Made by a program: the position numbers and the translations under genes. The notes under the pieces are model-generated. The model ran no database searches. It was not told the origin of the DNA and saw nothing but the letters and a program-made list of their open reading frames with translations. DNA of 64,000 nucleotides, taken from NCBI GenBank assembly GCA_049510745.1, contig JBEKYR010000012.1, forward strand, positions 32,001-96,000, written 5' to 3'. Of this stretch, positions 40,773 through 51,300 are shown piece after piece (within the stretch, counting starts at the first letter, position 1; each line of letters begins with the position of its first letter). The stretch comes from Verrucomicrobiota bacterium. Lineage in GTDB: Bacteria > Verrucomicrobiota > Verrucomicrobiia > Limisphaerales > Palsa-1400.

Positions 40773-43496
40773 TCAAACCACGATATTTACCAGGCGTCCG
40801 GGCACAATAATGACCTTTTTGACCGGTTTGCCATCCATAAACTGCCGGACTTTCCCGCTGGCCAGGGCCGCCGCCTCAATATCGGCCTGCGGCGCCGCGG
40901 CCGGCACGACGATTTTGTCGCGGAGTTTGCCGTTGACCTGCACGGGCAATTCGAGGGTTTCCTCGGCCAGGATGGCCGGGTCAAACGCGGGCCACGGCTC
41001 ATAGGCGATAGTGGTGGCGGCTTTGGCGGAGGCCAGTTTGGCGTGGAGTTCCTCGGCCAGGTGGGGCGCAAACGGATGGAGCAAAACCAGGAACGCGCGC
41101 AAGACCGACGCCGGCTTGGTTTCCCAGGTGATGGCGTCGTTGACAAAAATCATCAGGGCGGAAATGGCGGTGTTGAAGCGGAAGCCGTCCAGGTCTTCGG
41201 TGACTTTTTTTATACAGGCGTGCAGAGTTTTGAGCTGGGTGGGCGAGGCGGGGACATCCCGGATGGCGCGGCTGAGTTCGAGCCGGGCGAGGCTTTCGGG
41301 GTCGTCGTGGCCGTGGGCGGTTTGATGCTGCTCGAAATCCGTTTCGCTTTGCTCATCGACGAACAAGCGCCAGACGCGGCCCAGGAAACGATAGACGCCC
41401 TCGACGCCCTTGGTGCTCCAGGGTTTGACCATCTCCAGAGGGCCCATGAACATTTCGTAAAGGCGGAAGGCGTCCGCGCCGTATTCGCGCAGGATGTCGT
41501 CGGGATTGACGACGTTGCCGCGGGATTTGGACATTTTCTGGCCGTCCTCGCCCAGGATGAGGCCCTGGTTGACGAGTTTGAAGAACGGCTCCGGGGTCGA
41601 GACGCAACCCAGATCGAAGAGGACATTGTGCCAGAAGCGCGAGTAAAGCAGATGGAGGACGGCGTGTTCGATGCCGCCGACGTAGAGGTCCACGCCGGGT
41701 TTGGCGGCGTCCTGGCCGGGGCCGGTTCCCATCCAATAACGCTCCGGGCCGGGGCCGCAGAATTGGGAGTCATTGCGGGCGTCGGTGAAGCGGAGGTAAT
41801 ACCAGCAACTGCCGGCCCATTGGGGCATGGTGTTGGTCTCGCGTTTGCAGCCGTCGGGCAGTTGCACCCACTGAGTGGCGCGGGCCAGGGGCGGTTCGCC
41901 GGTGGGGGCGGGCTTGAAATCGGTCAAGTCGGGCGGTGAGAGGGGCAGAGCGGATTCGGGCAGGGCTTCGTGATAAAGATTCCCGCTCGCGTCGCGCTTC
42001 CAAACAATCGGAAACGGCTCACCCCAATAACGCTGACGGCTGAAGAGCCAGTCGCGCAGTTTGTAATTGATGGTCTTGCGGCCCAGGCCGTTTTCCTCCA
42101 GCCACGCGTTGATCCTAATCTTGGCTTCGGGCGTGGGCAGGCCGGAGAGGAAAGCGGAGTTGACGCTGACGCCATCGCCGACGAAGCCGATGGAATCGGC
42201 GCCCACGGGCGCCTGGACGACCAGGCGGACGGGCAGATCGAACTTGCGGGCGAACTCCAGATCGCGGGTGTCGTGGGCGGGAACGGCCATGATGGCGCCG
42301 GTGCCGTAAGAGGCCAAAACGTAGTCGGCGATCCAGATGGGGATTTTCTCATTATTGACAGGATTGACGGCAAAGGCGCCGGTGAAGACGCCGGTTTTTT
42401 GCCGGGCCAACTCGGTGCGTTCGAGGTCGCTCTTTTTGGCCATCTCGGCTTTGTAAGCGGCAACGGCGGCGCGGTGCTCCGGCGTGGTGATGAGATCGAC
42501 CAGCTTGTGTTCGGGCGAGAGCACCATGTAGGTCGCGCCAAACAAGGTGTCCGGGCGGGTGGTGAAAACCAGGATGGTGCGGTCGGCCTGGGCGACGGCG
42601 GGAGGGGGTTCAGCGAGGCGGAAATGAACCTGCGCGCCCTCGCTGCGGCCGATCCAGTTGCGCTGCATTTCCTTGAGCGATTCGCTCCAGTCGATTTGCT
42701 CCAGGCCGCGCAGCAGGCGCTCGGCATAGGCGGTGATGCGGAGCATCCACTGGCGCATCGGTCTGCGCGTGACGGGGAAACCACCGACCTCGCTTTTGCC
42801 CTCGATGACCTCTTCGTTGGCCAGGACGGTGCCCAATTGCTCGCACCACCAGACGGGAGCTTCGCTGACGTAAGCCAGCCGCTTGCTGTCGCGGTACTGG
42901 CGGAGAGCTTCCGGGGAAGCGGCGCATTCCGGGGGGCACGGGAGGGTGTCAATGGGTTCGGCTTTGCCGGCGGCGGGATTGAACCAGGAATTGTAGAGCT
43001 TGAGGAAAATCCATTGGGTCCATTTGAAATAGCCGGGGTCGGTGGTGTCAATTTCGCGGCTCCAATCGTAGCTGAAACCGAGCGCCTTGATCTGGCGCTT
43101 GAACACGGCGATGTTGGCCTCGGTCGTCACGCGGGGATGCTGGCCGGTGCGGATGGCGTACTGCTCGGCGGGCAGGCCGAAGGCGTCCCAGCCGATGGGG
43201 TGGAGGACGTTGAAGCCGCGGGCGCGCTGGTAACGGGCCAGGATGTCGGTGGCGGTGTAGCCTTCCGGGTGGCCGACGTGCAGGCCGGCGCCGGAGGGGT
43301 AAGGGAACATGTCAAGGATATAGAATTTGCGGGGCAGGCGTTCCGCCGCAACTTGGCCCGCCAGGCCGTGGCGCCGGGCGAAGGGATGCGCCTCGGGCAG
43401 CGTGTCGCCGGGATTCCAGGCGCGGAAGATTTCGCCCGCCTCCCAGAGGCGCTGCCACTTCGGCTCGATCAAATGAAACGGATATTGTCGCCGCAT
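40773..43496 (-). CDS. leuS: Leucine--tRNA ligase
   Basis: [45 protein letters not shown]. Confidence 0.98.
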   Translation of the reverse strand: MRRQYPFHLIEPKWQRLWEAGEIFRAWNPGDTLPEAHPFARRHGLAGQVAAERLPRKFYILDMFPYPSGAGLHVGHPEGYTATDILARYQRARGFNVLHPIGWDAFGLPAEQYAIRTGQHPRVTTEANIAVFKRQIKALGFSYDWSREIDTTDPGYFKWTQWIFLKLYNSWFNPAAGKAEPIDTLPCPPECAASPEALRQYRDSKRLAYVSEAPVWWCEQLGTVLANEEVIEGKSEVGGFPVTRRPMRQWMLRITAYAERLLRGLEQIDWSESLKEMQRNWIGRSEGAQVHFRLAEPPPAVAQADRTILVFTTRPDTLFGATYMVLSPEHKLVDLITTPEHRAAVAAYKAEMAKKSDLERTELARQKTGVFTGAFAVNPVNNEKIPIWIADYVLASYGTGAIMAVPAHDTRDLEFARKFDLPVRLVVQAPVGADSIGFVGDGVSVNSAFLSGLPTPEAKIRINAWLEENGLGRKTINYKLRDWLFSRQRYWGEPFPIVWKRDASGNLYHEALPESALPLSPPDLTDFKPAPTGEPPLARATQWVQLPDGCKRETNTMPQWAGSCWYYLRFTDARNDSQFCGPGPERYWMGTGPGQDAAKPGVDLYVGGIEHAVLHLLYSRFWHNVLFDLGCVSTPEPFFKLVNQGLILGEDGQKMSKSRGNVVNPDDILREYGADAFRLYEMFMGPLEMVKPWSTKGVEGVYRFLGRVWRLFVDEQSETDFEQHQTAHGHDDPESLARLELSRAIRDVPASPTQLKTLHACIKKVTEDLDGFRFNTAISALMIFVNDAITWETKPASVLRAFLVLLHPFAPHLAEELHAKLASAKAATTIAYEPWPAFDPAILAEETLELPVQVNGKLRDKIVVPAAAPQADIEAAALASGKVRQFMDGKPVKKVIIVPGRLVNIVV

Positions 43497-43612
43497 AAAG
43501 AGCGCGGGGATATTGCGGAAAGCGGGGGCGCGGGGCAAGGAGTTTGGGAGGCGCCAAAGCTGAGGCACGCCCTGGCTCGCCGGCTTTATCGGCATCCTCG
43601 CAGGGGTGATCT

Positions 43613-43873
43613 TCAAATGCCTTTCAGCAGGCGTTCGTATTCGTCATGATTGCCAATCCAGAACCAATACATGACTCCGTCTTGAATTCGACCCAAGGCG
43701 CGATAGCCGGGGGATATGCGGGCCGACCAATAATGGCCTTTCTTCTCAAACCGCAAAGAAGGATGGCGCGGATTCACCAGCCACAACCGATACGCTTTGC
43801 GGGCCTGCGACCGCGCCGAAGGGGGCAGGCCTCGATAACCGGCCCAGAAATCACTGGTCGTTGATGATTTCAT
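43613..43873 (-). CDS. RelE/ParE-superfamily toxin
   Basis: 86 aa, basic; [36 protein letters not shown]. Confidence 0.85.
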   Translation of the reverse strand: MKSSTTSDFWAGYRGLPPSARSQARKAYRLWLVNPRHPSLRFEKKGHYWSARISPGYRALGRIQDGVMYWFWIGNHDEYERLLKGI

Positions 43874-44072
43874 CCAGCGGCTTCACGCGGCCGGCGGCAA
43901 TGTCGGTCCTGGCCTTCTCCCAGAGTTTGTCCAGCCGTCCGGCAGCGATGTCACCGTCAATCTGCTTGTCCCATGTCTCGTCAAGATACTGCTGCAACCA
44001 GCCGGCAACTTTCCTGGCGTCTTCGACTGGAAGTGTCTGCAATGCCTTTTCAATTTCAACAACCGTGCTCAT
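43851..44072 (-). CDS. Cognate antitoxin
   Basis: Acidic, 73 aa; MSTVVEIEKAL, WDKQIDGDIAAGRLDKL; overlaps the toxin start. Confidence 0.8.
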   Translation of the reverse strand: MSTVVEIEKALQTLPVEDARKVAGWLQQYLDETWDKQIDGDIAAGRLDKLWEKARTDIAAGRVKPLDEIINDQ

Positions 44073-44184
44073 GGTGGAAATATAGTGGTTGAGGCGGAAA
44101 AGTAAACAAATCAAACCCAAATCCTAACGCGGCCTTACCGCCGAGCGATGACCTATACAATTTGGATAGGAGAGCGAAGAAGCG

Positions 44185-44230
44185 GTCGGCGGGGGCGCCG
44201 ACCGCCGCACGCGAGGGCGCGCGCGCTCCC
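44185..44230. repeat. Third copy of the REP-like unit
   Basis: GTCGGCGGGGGCGCCGAC..GCACGCGAGGGCGCGCGCGCTCCC matches 3782-3826. Confidence 0.75.
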
Positions 44231-44273
44231 GGGATGTACTGCAACGGTTCTTAGGCGAGAGTTCTGGGGCGCG

Positions 44274-44936
44274 CTATTTTTTGTCGGCGGGGATGACGCC
44301 CTTGTCGATGAGCTTTTGCAATTTCGGACGGATGGTGAACTGGCAATACCCCTGGCCGGGATGGAGGTTGTAAAAGTTCTGGTGGTACTGTTCGGCCGGG
44401 TAAAACGCGGTCAGCGGCACGATTTGGGTGACGATGGGAGAGGAGAAATGGCGGGCGGCATCGGCCCGGGCTTTTTCGGCGGCGGCTTTTTGGGCCGGGG
44501 TGCTGTAAAGAATGATGGAGCGATATTGGGTGCCGACGTCGTTGCCCTGGCGGTTGAGGGTGGTCGGATCGTGCTCCTCGAAAAAGACTTCCAGAAGCTT
44601 GTCGAAGGAGATGACGGCGGGATCGAACTGAATCTGGATGACCTCGGCGTGGCCGGTCTGGCCGGTGCAGACCTCTTCATAGGAAGGATGGGGGGTCGTG
44701 CCGCCGGCAAAACCGGAAGTGACGGATTTGACGCCGGGAATGCGTTGGAAAACGGCTTCGCCGCACCAAAAGCAGCCGCCGCCGAAGGTGGCCGTTTCAA
44801 GTTTTGCGGGGGCGTTGGTGGAAACTGGCGCGGCATTCATAATGGGAACAAGGAAAAGACAACCCAGCAGCAGGCTGGCCGTCTGGAAGCATCGGGCCAG
44901 TCCGCGCGATGTCAATGCGATGCGGGAATTCTTCAT
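44274..44936 (-). CDS. msrA: Peptide-methionine (S)-S-oxide reductase, probably exported
   Basis: GGGCFWC, YEEVCTGQTGHAE, HDPT..NRQGND.GTQYRS, FYPAEQYHQ; N-terminal signal-like segment. Confidence 0.95.
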   Translation of the reverse strand: MKNSRIALTSRGLARCFQTASLLLGCLFLVPIMNAAPVSTNAPAKLETATFGGGCFWCGEAVFQRIPGVKSVTSGFAGGTTPHPSYEEVCTGQTGHAEVIQIQFDPAVISFDKLLEVFFEEHDPTTLNRQGNDVGTQYRSIILYSTPAQKAAAEKARADAARHFSSPIVTQIVPLTAFYPAEQYHQNFYNLHPGQGYCQFTIRPKLQKLIDKGVIPADKK

Positions 44937-45012
44937 GCGAACCGAGATAAGATGGCCGTCCGGCGGCAGATTTTCAATCGAATCTTCAAGAGATGTCTTC
45001 AAAAGGTGTCGC

Positions 45013-45091
45013 GTCGGCGTGTCGGCGTGTCGGCGTGTCGGCGTGTCGGCGTGTCGGCGTGTCGGCGTGTCGGCGTGTCGGCGTGTCGGCG
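45013..45091. repeat. 8-bp microsatellite (GTCGGCGT) x9 plus a partial copy
   Basis: Perfect tandem copies read directly. Confidence 0.95.
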
Positions 45092-45163
45092 CTGAAGGCA
45101 GTCCGGCAAGACATGCTGTCATATGACAGTATGACATTCCATATCGGGGTTTCGTTCTTTTCG

Positions 45164-45203
45164 CCATTCTGTTCAGCATTCTGTTCACCGTTCTGTTCAC
45201 CGT
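45164..45203. repeat. 12-bp tandem repeat (nCnTTCTGTTCA) x3
   Basis: CCATTCTGTTCA GCATTCTGTTCA CCGTTCTGTTCA. Confidence 0.85.
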
Positions 45204-45384
45204 ACGGTGAATCTCGCTGCGGGACGAATTCCGCCGGCGGTGGAGAGGTCAGTGGACGCGGGGCACCGTCCCCGAATTAGGGGTTCCGTCGGCGAGATGA
45301 GGGCGGGTGTGCCTCCGGCGCCATTTGTGTCTGGCGCCATTTGTGGCTTTCCGTTCCGGGGGGAATTCGCCAGACTGGGCGGCG

Positions 45385-48300
45385 ATGAAACGCCTGTATC
45401 TGTTTTTCGGTGTCTGGTTCCTGCTCGTAGTGTTCAGGGCCGGCGCCGTGACGCCCACCATCCTCTCCCCACCGGAAAGCGTCACCGTCAACAACGCTTC
45501 GGCCGCCGCCTTCACGGTCGTGGCGACCAACGCGGCCAGCTACCAGTGGCAGTTTCCGGGCACCAACAATCTGCCCGCAGCCACCAACGCCACGCTGAGC
45601 CTGGATAATGTGACCAGCAACCAGGCGGGGAGCTACACTGTGGTCGTGACCTCGTCGGACAGCAATTCCATCAGCGCGACAGCGGTGTTGACGATTGTGC
45701 CCGGAACGATCGTCCAGTTGACCATCTCGACTTACCCGGACGGGAGCAGCAACAGTTTTTTGGTGCAGTTGTTTGACCATGACAAGCCGGCCACGGTGGA
45801 GAACTTCATTCATTACATCAGTTCCGGGGCTTATTCGAATATGTTCTTTGACCGGGACGTGACGAATTTTGTTCTGCAAGGGGGCGATTATGTCACCACC
45901 GATCGAACGAGCAATTATCTGTACGGCGGGCCAGTTTCGGCGGGGGAACCCAGTTTTCCATCGCAAGTGGATAGCGAATTGAACGTGGGGCCGCTGATTC
46001 ACAACACATTTGGCACGTTGGCCATGGCCTTGGCTACGGGAAAACCGGACTCGGCCAGCAGCGCGTTCTTCATCAGTTTGACGAACAATTCCCCGTACCT
46101 GGACACGAACAACGGCGGTTTCACCGTCTTCGGGCGGGTCATATCCAATGCCAATGTCCTGCAGTATTTCAACACCTTGAGCGCGCCGAGCAACGGGATT
46201 TTGGATTACAGTTCGAGTATTCCGACGCTGCCGGTCAATTACGACGGGACCAATACTCCGAATAACGCCAATTTATTCTACTGCGATTTTGCGTTCCAAA
46301 CCACGCCGCCGGTGGATACGAACCCGCCGACGGTTTCGATTGCCTTTCCAGCGCCGAACGCGGCCTTCACCAACGGCAGCCCGTTGACAGTGCAAGGGAC
46401 AGCGCAGGATAATGTCGGATTGGCCGAGGTGTTTTGTGTTTTGACCTCGAGCACGGGCGCCTATGGCGGCAAGAGCCAGACCAATGCCGCGCTGGGCACA
46501 ACCAATTGGTCGCTGGATCTGGTCAGTCAACTCGGAACGATTGAGCCGGGGGTTTACCAGTTGACGGCCTACGCCCAGGACGGGGCGGGCAACCTGAGCG
46601 CGCCGGCAACGGAGTATTTCACCAATCTGGCGCAATTGACCATCATCACCAACGTGGAGGGGAACCTGACAACCAACGCGCCGCAGTACCTGGTGCCGGG
46701 ACAGCAGTACTCGGTGGCGGCGGCGCCGGGACCCGGACAACAGTTTGACACTTGGCAATATCAAGGGGTGGTGTCGATTAACCCGGTGCAAACGTTGACG
46801 GTGGAATCCAACCTGACGTTGACGGTGACGTATCTATCCAACACCCTGCCCGCCGGCCTGGCCATAACTAATCCTGCCGCCGGTTCCCAGGTGCCAAGGA
46901 CCAACACCGGCCTGACCGTTAGTGGAACTCTTCCGCCGTCGGATATAGTAACGCAATTGACCTGCCAGCTTTTTTCCCAATCCAACGCCGTGACCGCCGC
47001 GAAATCCCCAAAGCTCAACGGCACCAACTGGACGCTGGCCGTAAGCAACCTTGTGGGCGGGCCTTACACGATAGTGGTTGTGGCGGAGGATTCGTCGGGC
47101 CGATTCGGATTGGTTTCGGAAAATTTCACGCTCCTCGCGCCGCCTATCATCATCTCGCAACCCTCCAGCCCGACCGTCAATAACGGTTCCGCGGCGGACT
47201 TCACCGTCGTGGCGACCAACGCGGTCGCCTACCAATGGCAGTTTGCGGGCACCAATAATCTGCCCGGAGCCACCAACGCCACCCTGGCCCTCGACGACGT
47301 GAGCACCAACCAGGAGGGTTCTTACACGGTCGTCATCACCGCCCCGGATGGCGAGACGTTGAGCAGCCAGCCGGCGGTCCTGACCGTGGTGCAAGGGACG
47401 ATTGTGCAATTGACAATCTCGACTTACCCGGATGGGAGCAGCAACAGTTTTTTGGTGGAGTTGTTTGACCATGACAAGCCGGCCACGGTGGAAAACTTCG
47501 TCCATTACATCAACTCCGGGGCGTACTCGAATATGTTCTTTGACCGGGACGTGACAAATTTTGTTTTGCAAGGGGGCGATTATGTCACCACTGATCGAAC
47601 GAACAATCATCTGTCCGGCGGGCCGGTTTCGGCGGGGGAACCCAATTTTCCGTCGCAAGTGGATAGCGAATTGAACGTGGGGCCGCTGATTCACAATACA
47701 TTTGGCACGTTGGCCATGGCCCTGGTTTCGGGAAAACCGGACTCGGCCAGCAGCGCGTTCTTCATCAGTTTGACGAACAATTCCCCGTACCTGGACACGA
47801 ACAACGGCGGTTTCACCGTTTTCGGGCGGGTCATATCCAATGCCAACGCCCTGCAGTACTTCAACACCTTGAGCGCGCCGAGCAACGGCATTTTCAATTA
47901 CAGTTCGGGTATTCCGACGCTGCCGGTTAATTACGACGGGACCGGCTTGCCCGCCAACAGTAATGTGTTCTACTGCGATTTTGTGTTCCAAACCACGCCG
48001 GTAGTCGATACGAACCCGCCGACGGTCGTGATGACCTATCCGGCGCCAAACGCGGTTTTCAGCAACGGCAGCCCGTTGACAGTGCAAGGGACAGCGCAGG
48101 ATAACATCGGATTGGCCGAGGTGTTTTGTATTTTGACCTCGAGCACGGGCGCCTATAACAACAAGAGCCAGACCAATGCCGCGCTGGGCACAACCAATTG
48201 GTCACTGAATCTGGTCAGCAAACTGGGAACCATTCAGCCGGGGGTTTACCAGTTGACAGCCTACGCCCAGGACGGGGCGGGCAACCTGAGCACGCCGGCA

Positions 48301-51300
48301 ACGGAGTATTTCACCAATCTGACGCGACTGACGATCATCACGAACGTGGAAGGGAACCGGACAACCAACGCGCCGCAGTACCTGGTGCCGGGACAACAGT
48401 ATTCCGTGACGGCGGCGCCGGGACCCGGACAAGAGTTTGACACTTGGACCTCCAACGGTGTGGCGTCGCTTAACCCGGAGCAAACGTTCACGGCGAACGG
48501 CAACCTCACTCTGATGGTGACGTATCTTTCCAACACGCTGCCCGCCGGCCTGGCCATTAGCAGTCCTGCCGCCGGTTCCCAGGTGCCACGGACCAACACC
48601 GGCCTGACCATTAGTGGAACTCTCCCGTCATCGACCACAGTGACGCAACTGACCTGCCAGCTTTTTTCCCAATCCAACGCCGTGACCGCCGCGCAATCGG
48701 CGAGCCTCAGTGGCGCCACCAACTGGTCGCTGGCCGTGAGCAATCTCGTGGGCGGCCCTTACACGATAGTGGTTGTGGCGGAGGATTCGTCGGGCCGTTT
48801 TGGATTGGTTTCGGAAGATTTCACGCTCCTCGCGCCGCCTGTCATCATCTCGCAACCCGCCAGCCTGACCGCCAATAGCGGTTCGGGGGCGGCTTTCACC
48901 GTCGTGGCGACCAACGCGGTCGCCTACCAGTGGCAGTTTCCGGGCACAAACAATCTGCCCGGCGCCACCAACGCCACCTTGACCCTTGACGACGTGAGCA
49001 CCAACCAGGCGGGTTCTTACGTGGTCGTCATCACTGCCCCGGATGGCGAGACGTTGAGCAGCCAGCCGGCGGTCCTGACCGTAGTGCAAGGGACGATTGT
49101 GCAATTGACCATCTCGACTTACCCGGACGGGAGCAGCAGCAATTTGGTGGTGGAGTTGTTTGACAATGACAAGCCGGCCACGGTGGAGAACTTCATCCAT
49201 TGCATTAAGTACGGGGCGTACTCGAATATGTTCTTCGACCTGGATAAGGCCGGGTTTATTCTGCAAGGAGGGACTGACGGCGCCGTGGACCGCACGAATT
49301 CCACTCCCGGTCTGACCGGGTGGGGCATCTATAGTCAGTACATCGCGGGAAACACTAATTTTCCGTCGCAAGTCGATAGCGAATTCAAGGTGGGGCCGTT
49401 GCTGCACAATACATTTGGCACGCTGGCCATGAGCTTGACTACCGGAAAGCCGGACTCGGCCTCAAGCTCGTTCCTCATTAATTTGGCGGACAATTCGGCG
49501 AACCTCGATTATCAAAACGGCGGCTTCACCGTTTTCGGGCGGGTCATATCCAACGCCAACGTCCTGCAGTATTTCAACACCTTGAGCGCGCCGAGCAATG
49601 GCATTTCCAGCAATGTCATCACAGGTTTTGCGGCGCTGCCCGTCAATTACGACGGGACCAACGAACCCGCCAACAGCAACCTGTTCTTCTGCGATTTCAA
49701 GTTCCTGACACCGCCGCCGGTGGATACAAGCCCGCCGACGGTCGCGATTGCTTTTCCGGCGCCGAACGCGGTTTTCACCAACGGCAGTCCGTTGACCGTG
49801 CAAGGGACGGCGCACGACGATGTCGGATTGGCCGAGGTGTTCTGTGTTTTGACCTCGAGCACGGGCGCTTATGGTAACAAGAGCCTGACCAATGCCGCGC
49901 TGGGCACAACCAACTGGTCGCTGAATCCGGCCAGTCAACTCGGAACCATCGAGCCGGGGGTTTACCAGTTGACGGCCTACGCCCAGGACGGGGCGGGAAA
50001 TCTGAGCGCGCCGGCGGCGATTCAGTTCTTCACCAATCTGACGCGACTGACGATCATAACGAACGTTGCCGGCCACCTGACAACCAATGCGCCGCAGTAC
50101 CTGGTGCCGGGACAGCAGTATTCCGTGACGGCGGCGCCCGGAGCGGGACAACAGTTTTACAGTTGGACCTCCAACGGGGTGACGTCGATCAACCCGGAGC
50201 AAACGTTCACGGCGAACGGCAACCTCACGCTGACGGTGACATATCTCTCGAACAATCTTGCGGCAGGCGTGACCATTACAAACCCCGTGACCGGCACGCA
50301 GGCTTTCGCCATCCAGTCGCTGCTGACGGTGAGCGGCACCCTATTTTCTTCGAGCACGGTCACGCAACTGACCTGCCAGTTTTTTGTCAACTCCAATTCC
50401 ATCTCGACCGCGCAGCCCGTCAACCTCGCCGGCACAAACTGGTCGCTGGCCGTGACCAATTTGGGCAACGGCGCCTACACGGTGGTGGCTGTGGCGAGCG
50501 ACACGGCGGGCGACACGTTTTTCGCCGCGGCCAACTTCACGCTGCTGAACGTGGAGCAATTGACACTCAACGTCGTCGGAGGGGGAACCATCGCCAGCAA
50601 TCCGGGACCCTACGTTGTGCCCGGCACCTACACAGTCAAGGCGGTGCCCAACGCCGGGCAGGTCTTTTACAGTTGGAGCGACGGAGTCACCACCACGCTG
50701 AACCCTTCCAAGAAGTTTACGGTCGTGTCGAACCTGACGCTGACGGCGACGTTCGCCGGCGAGGACAAGTCGTTGAAGGGCATCGCGTTCACCTATCCAT
50801 CGGCGAACGCCAACGTGCCCAGTAATACATTCAACCGGGTGGAGGTAAAAGCTCCGGCATCGCTGAGTGTCACGCAGATGACGTGCCAGTTTTTTTTGCA
50901 ATCCAACGGCGTCACGGCATCGCCTCAATTCCTGAACTTCGATGCCGCCACCAAAAAATGGACGTTGCCCGTGACCAATTTCACGCCGGGGCCTTATGTG
51001 GTCATGGCAGTGGCGTATGACAAGGAGGGCAAGAGCAGGCTGGTGTCGGAGAAGTTTAATCTGCTGGCGAAGCTGGCGGTCGGCGTCCAGGGCAAAGGGA
51101 CCGTGACCGCCGGCTTGAACGGGAAGTACCTGCAGGTCGGCAAGAGCTACCGTATTTCCGCCACGCCGACCGCGGGGGAGGTGTTTGCGTTCTGGACCGG
51201 CGCGGTGGCAAACTCAAACAGCCCGGCGACCACGTTTGTCATGTCAAGCAATACGGTGTTGACGGCGACTTTTACAAACAACCCGTTTCCGTCGGTGGCA

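Noticed and set aside
44937..45200. N-terminal extension of msrA with (TRRHADTP)n
   Set aside because: Artefact of the microsatellite staying in frame; the signal-like start at 44936 is more plausible
45013..45211. Possible CRISPR array
   Set aside because: Repeats are contiguous 8- and 12-mers with no unique spacers, and there are no cas genes in the window
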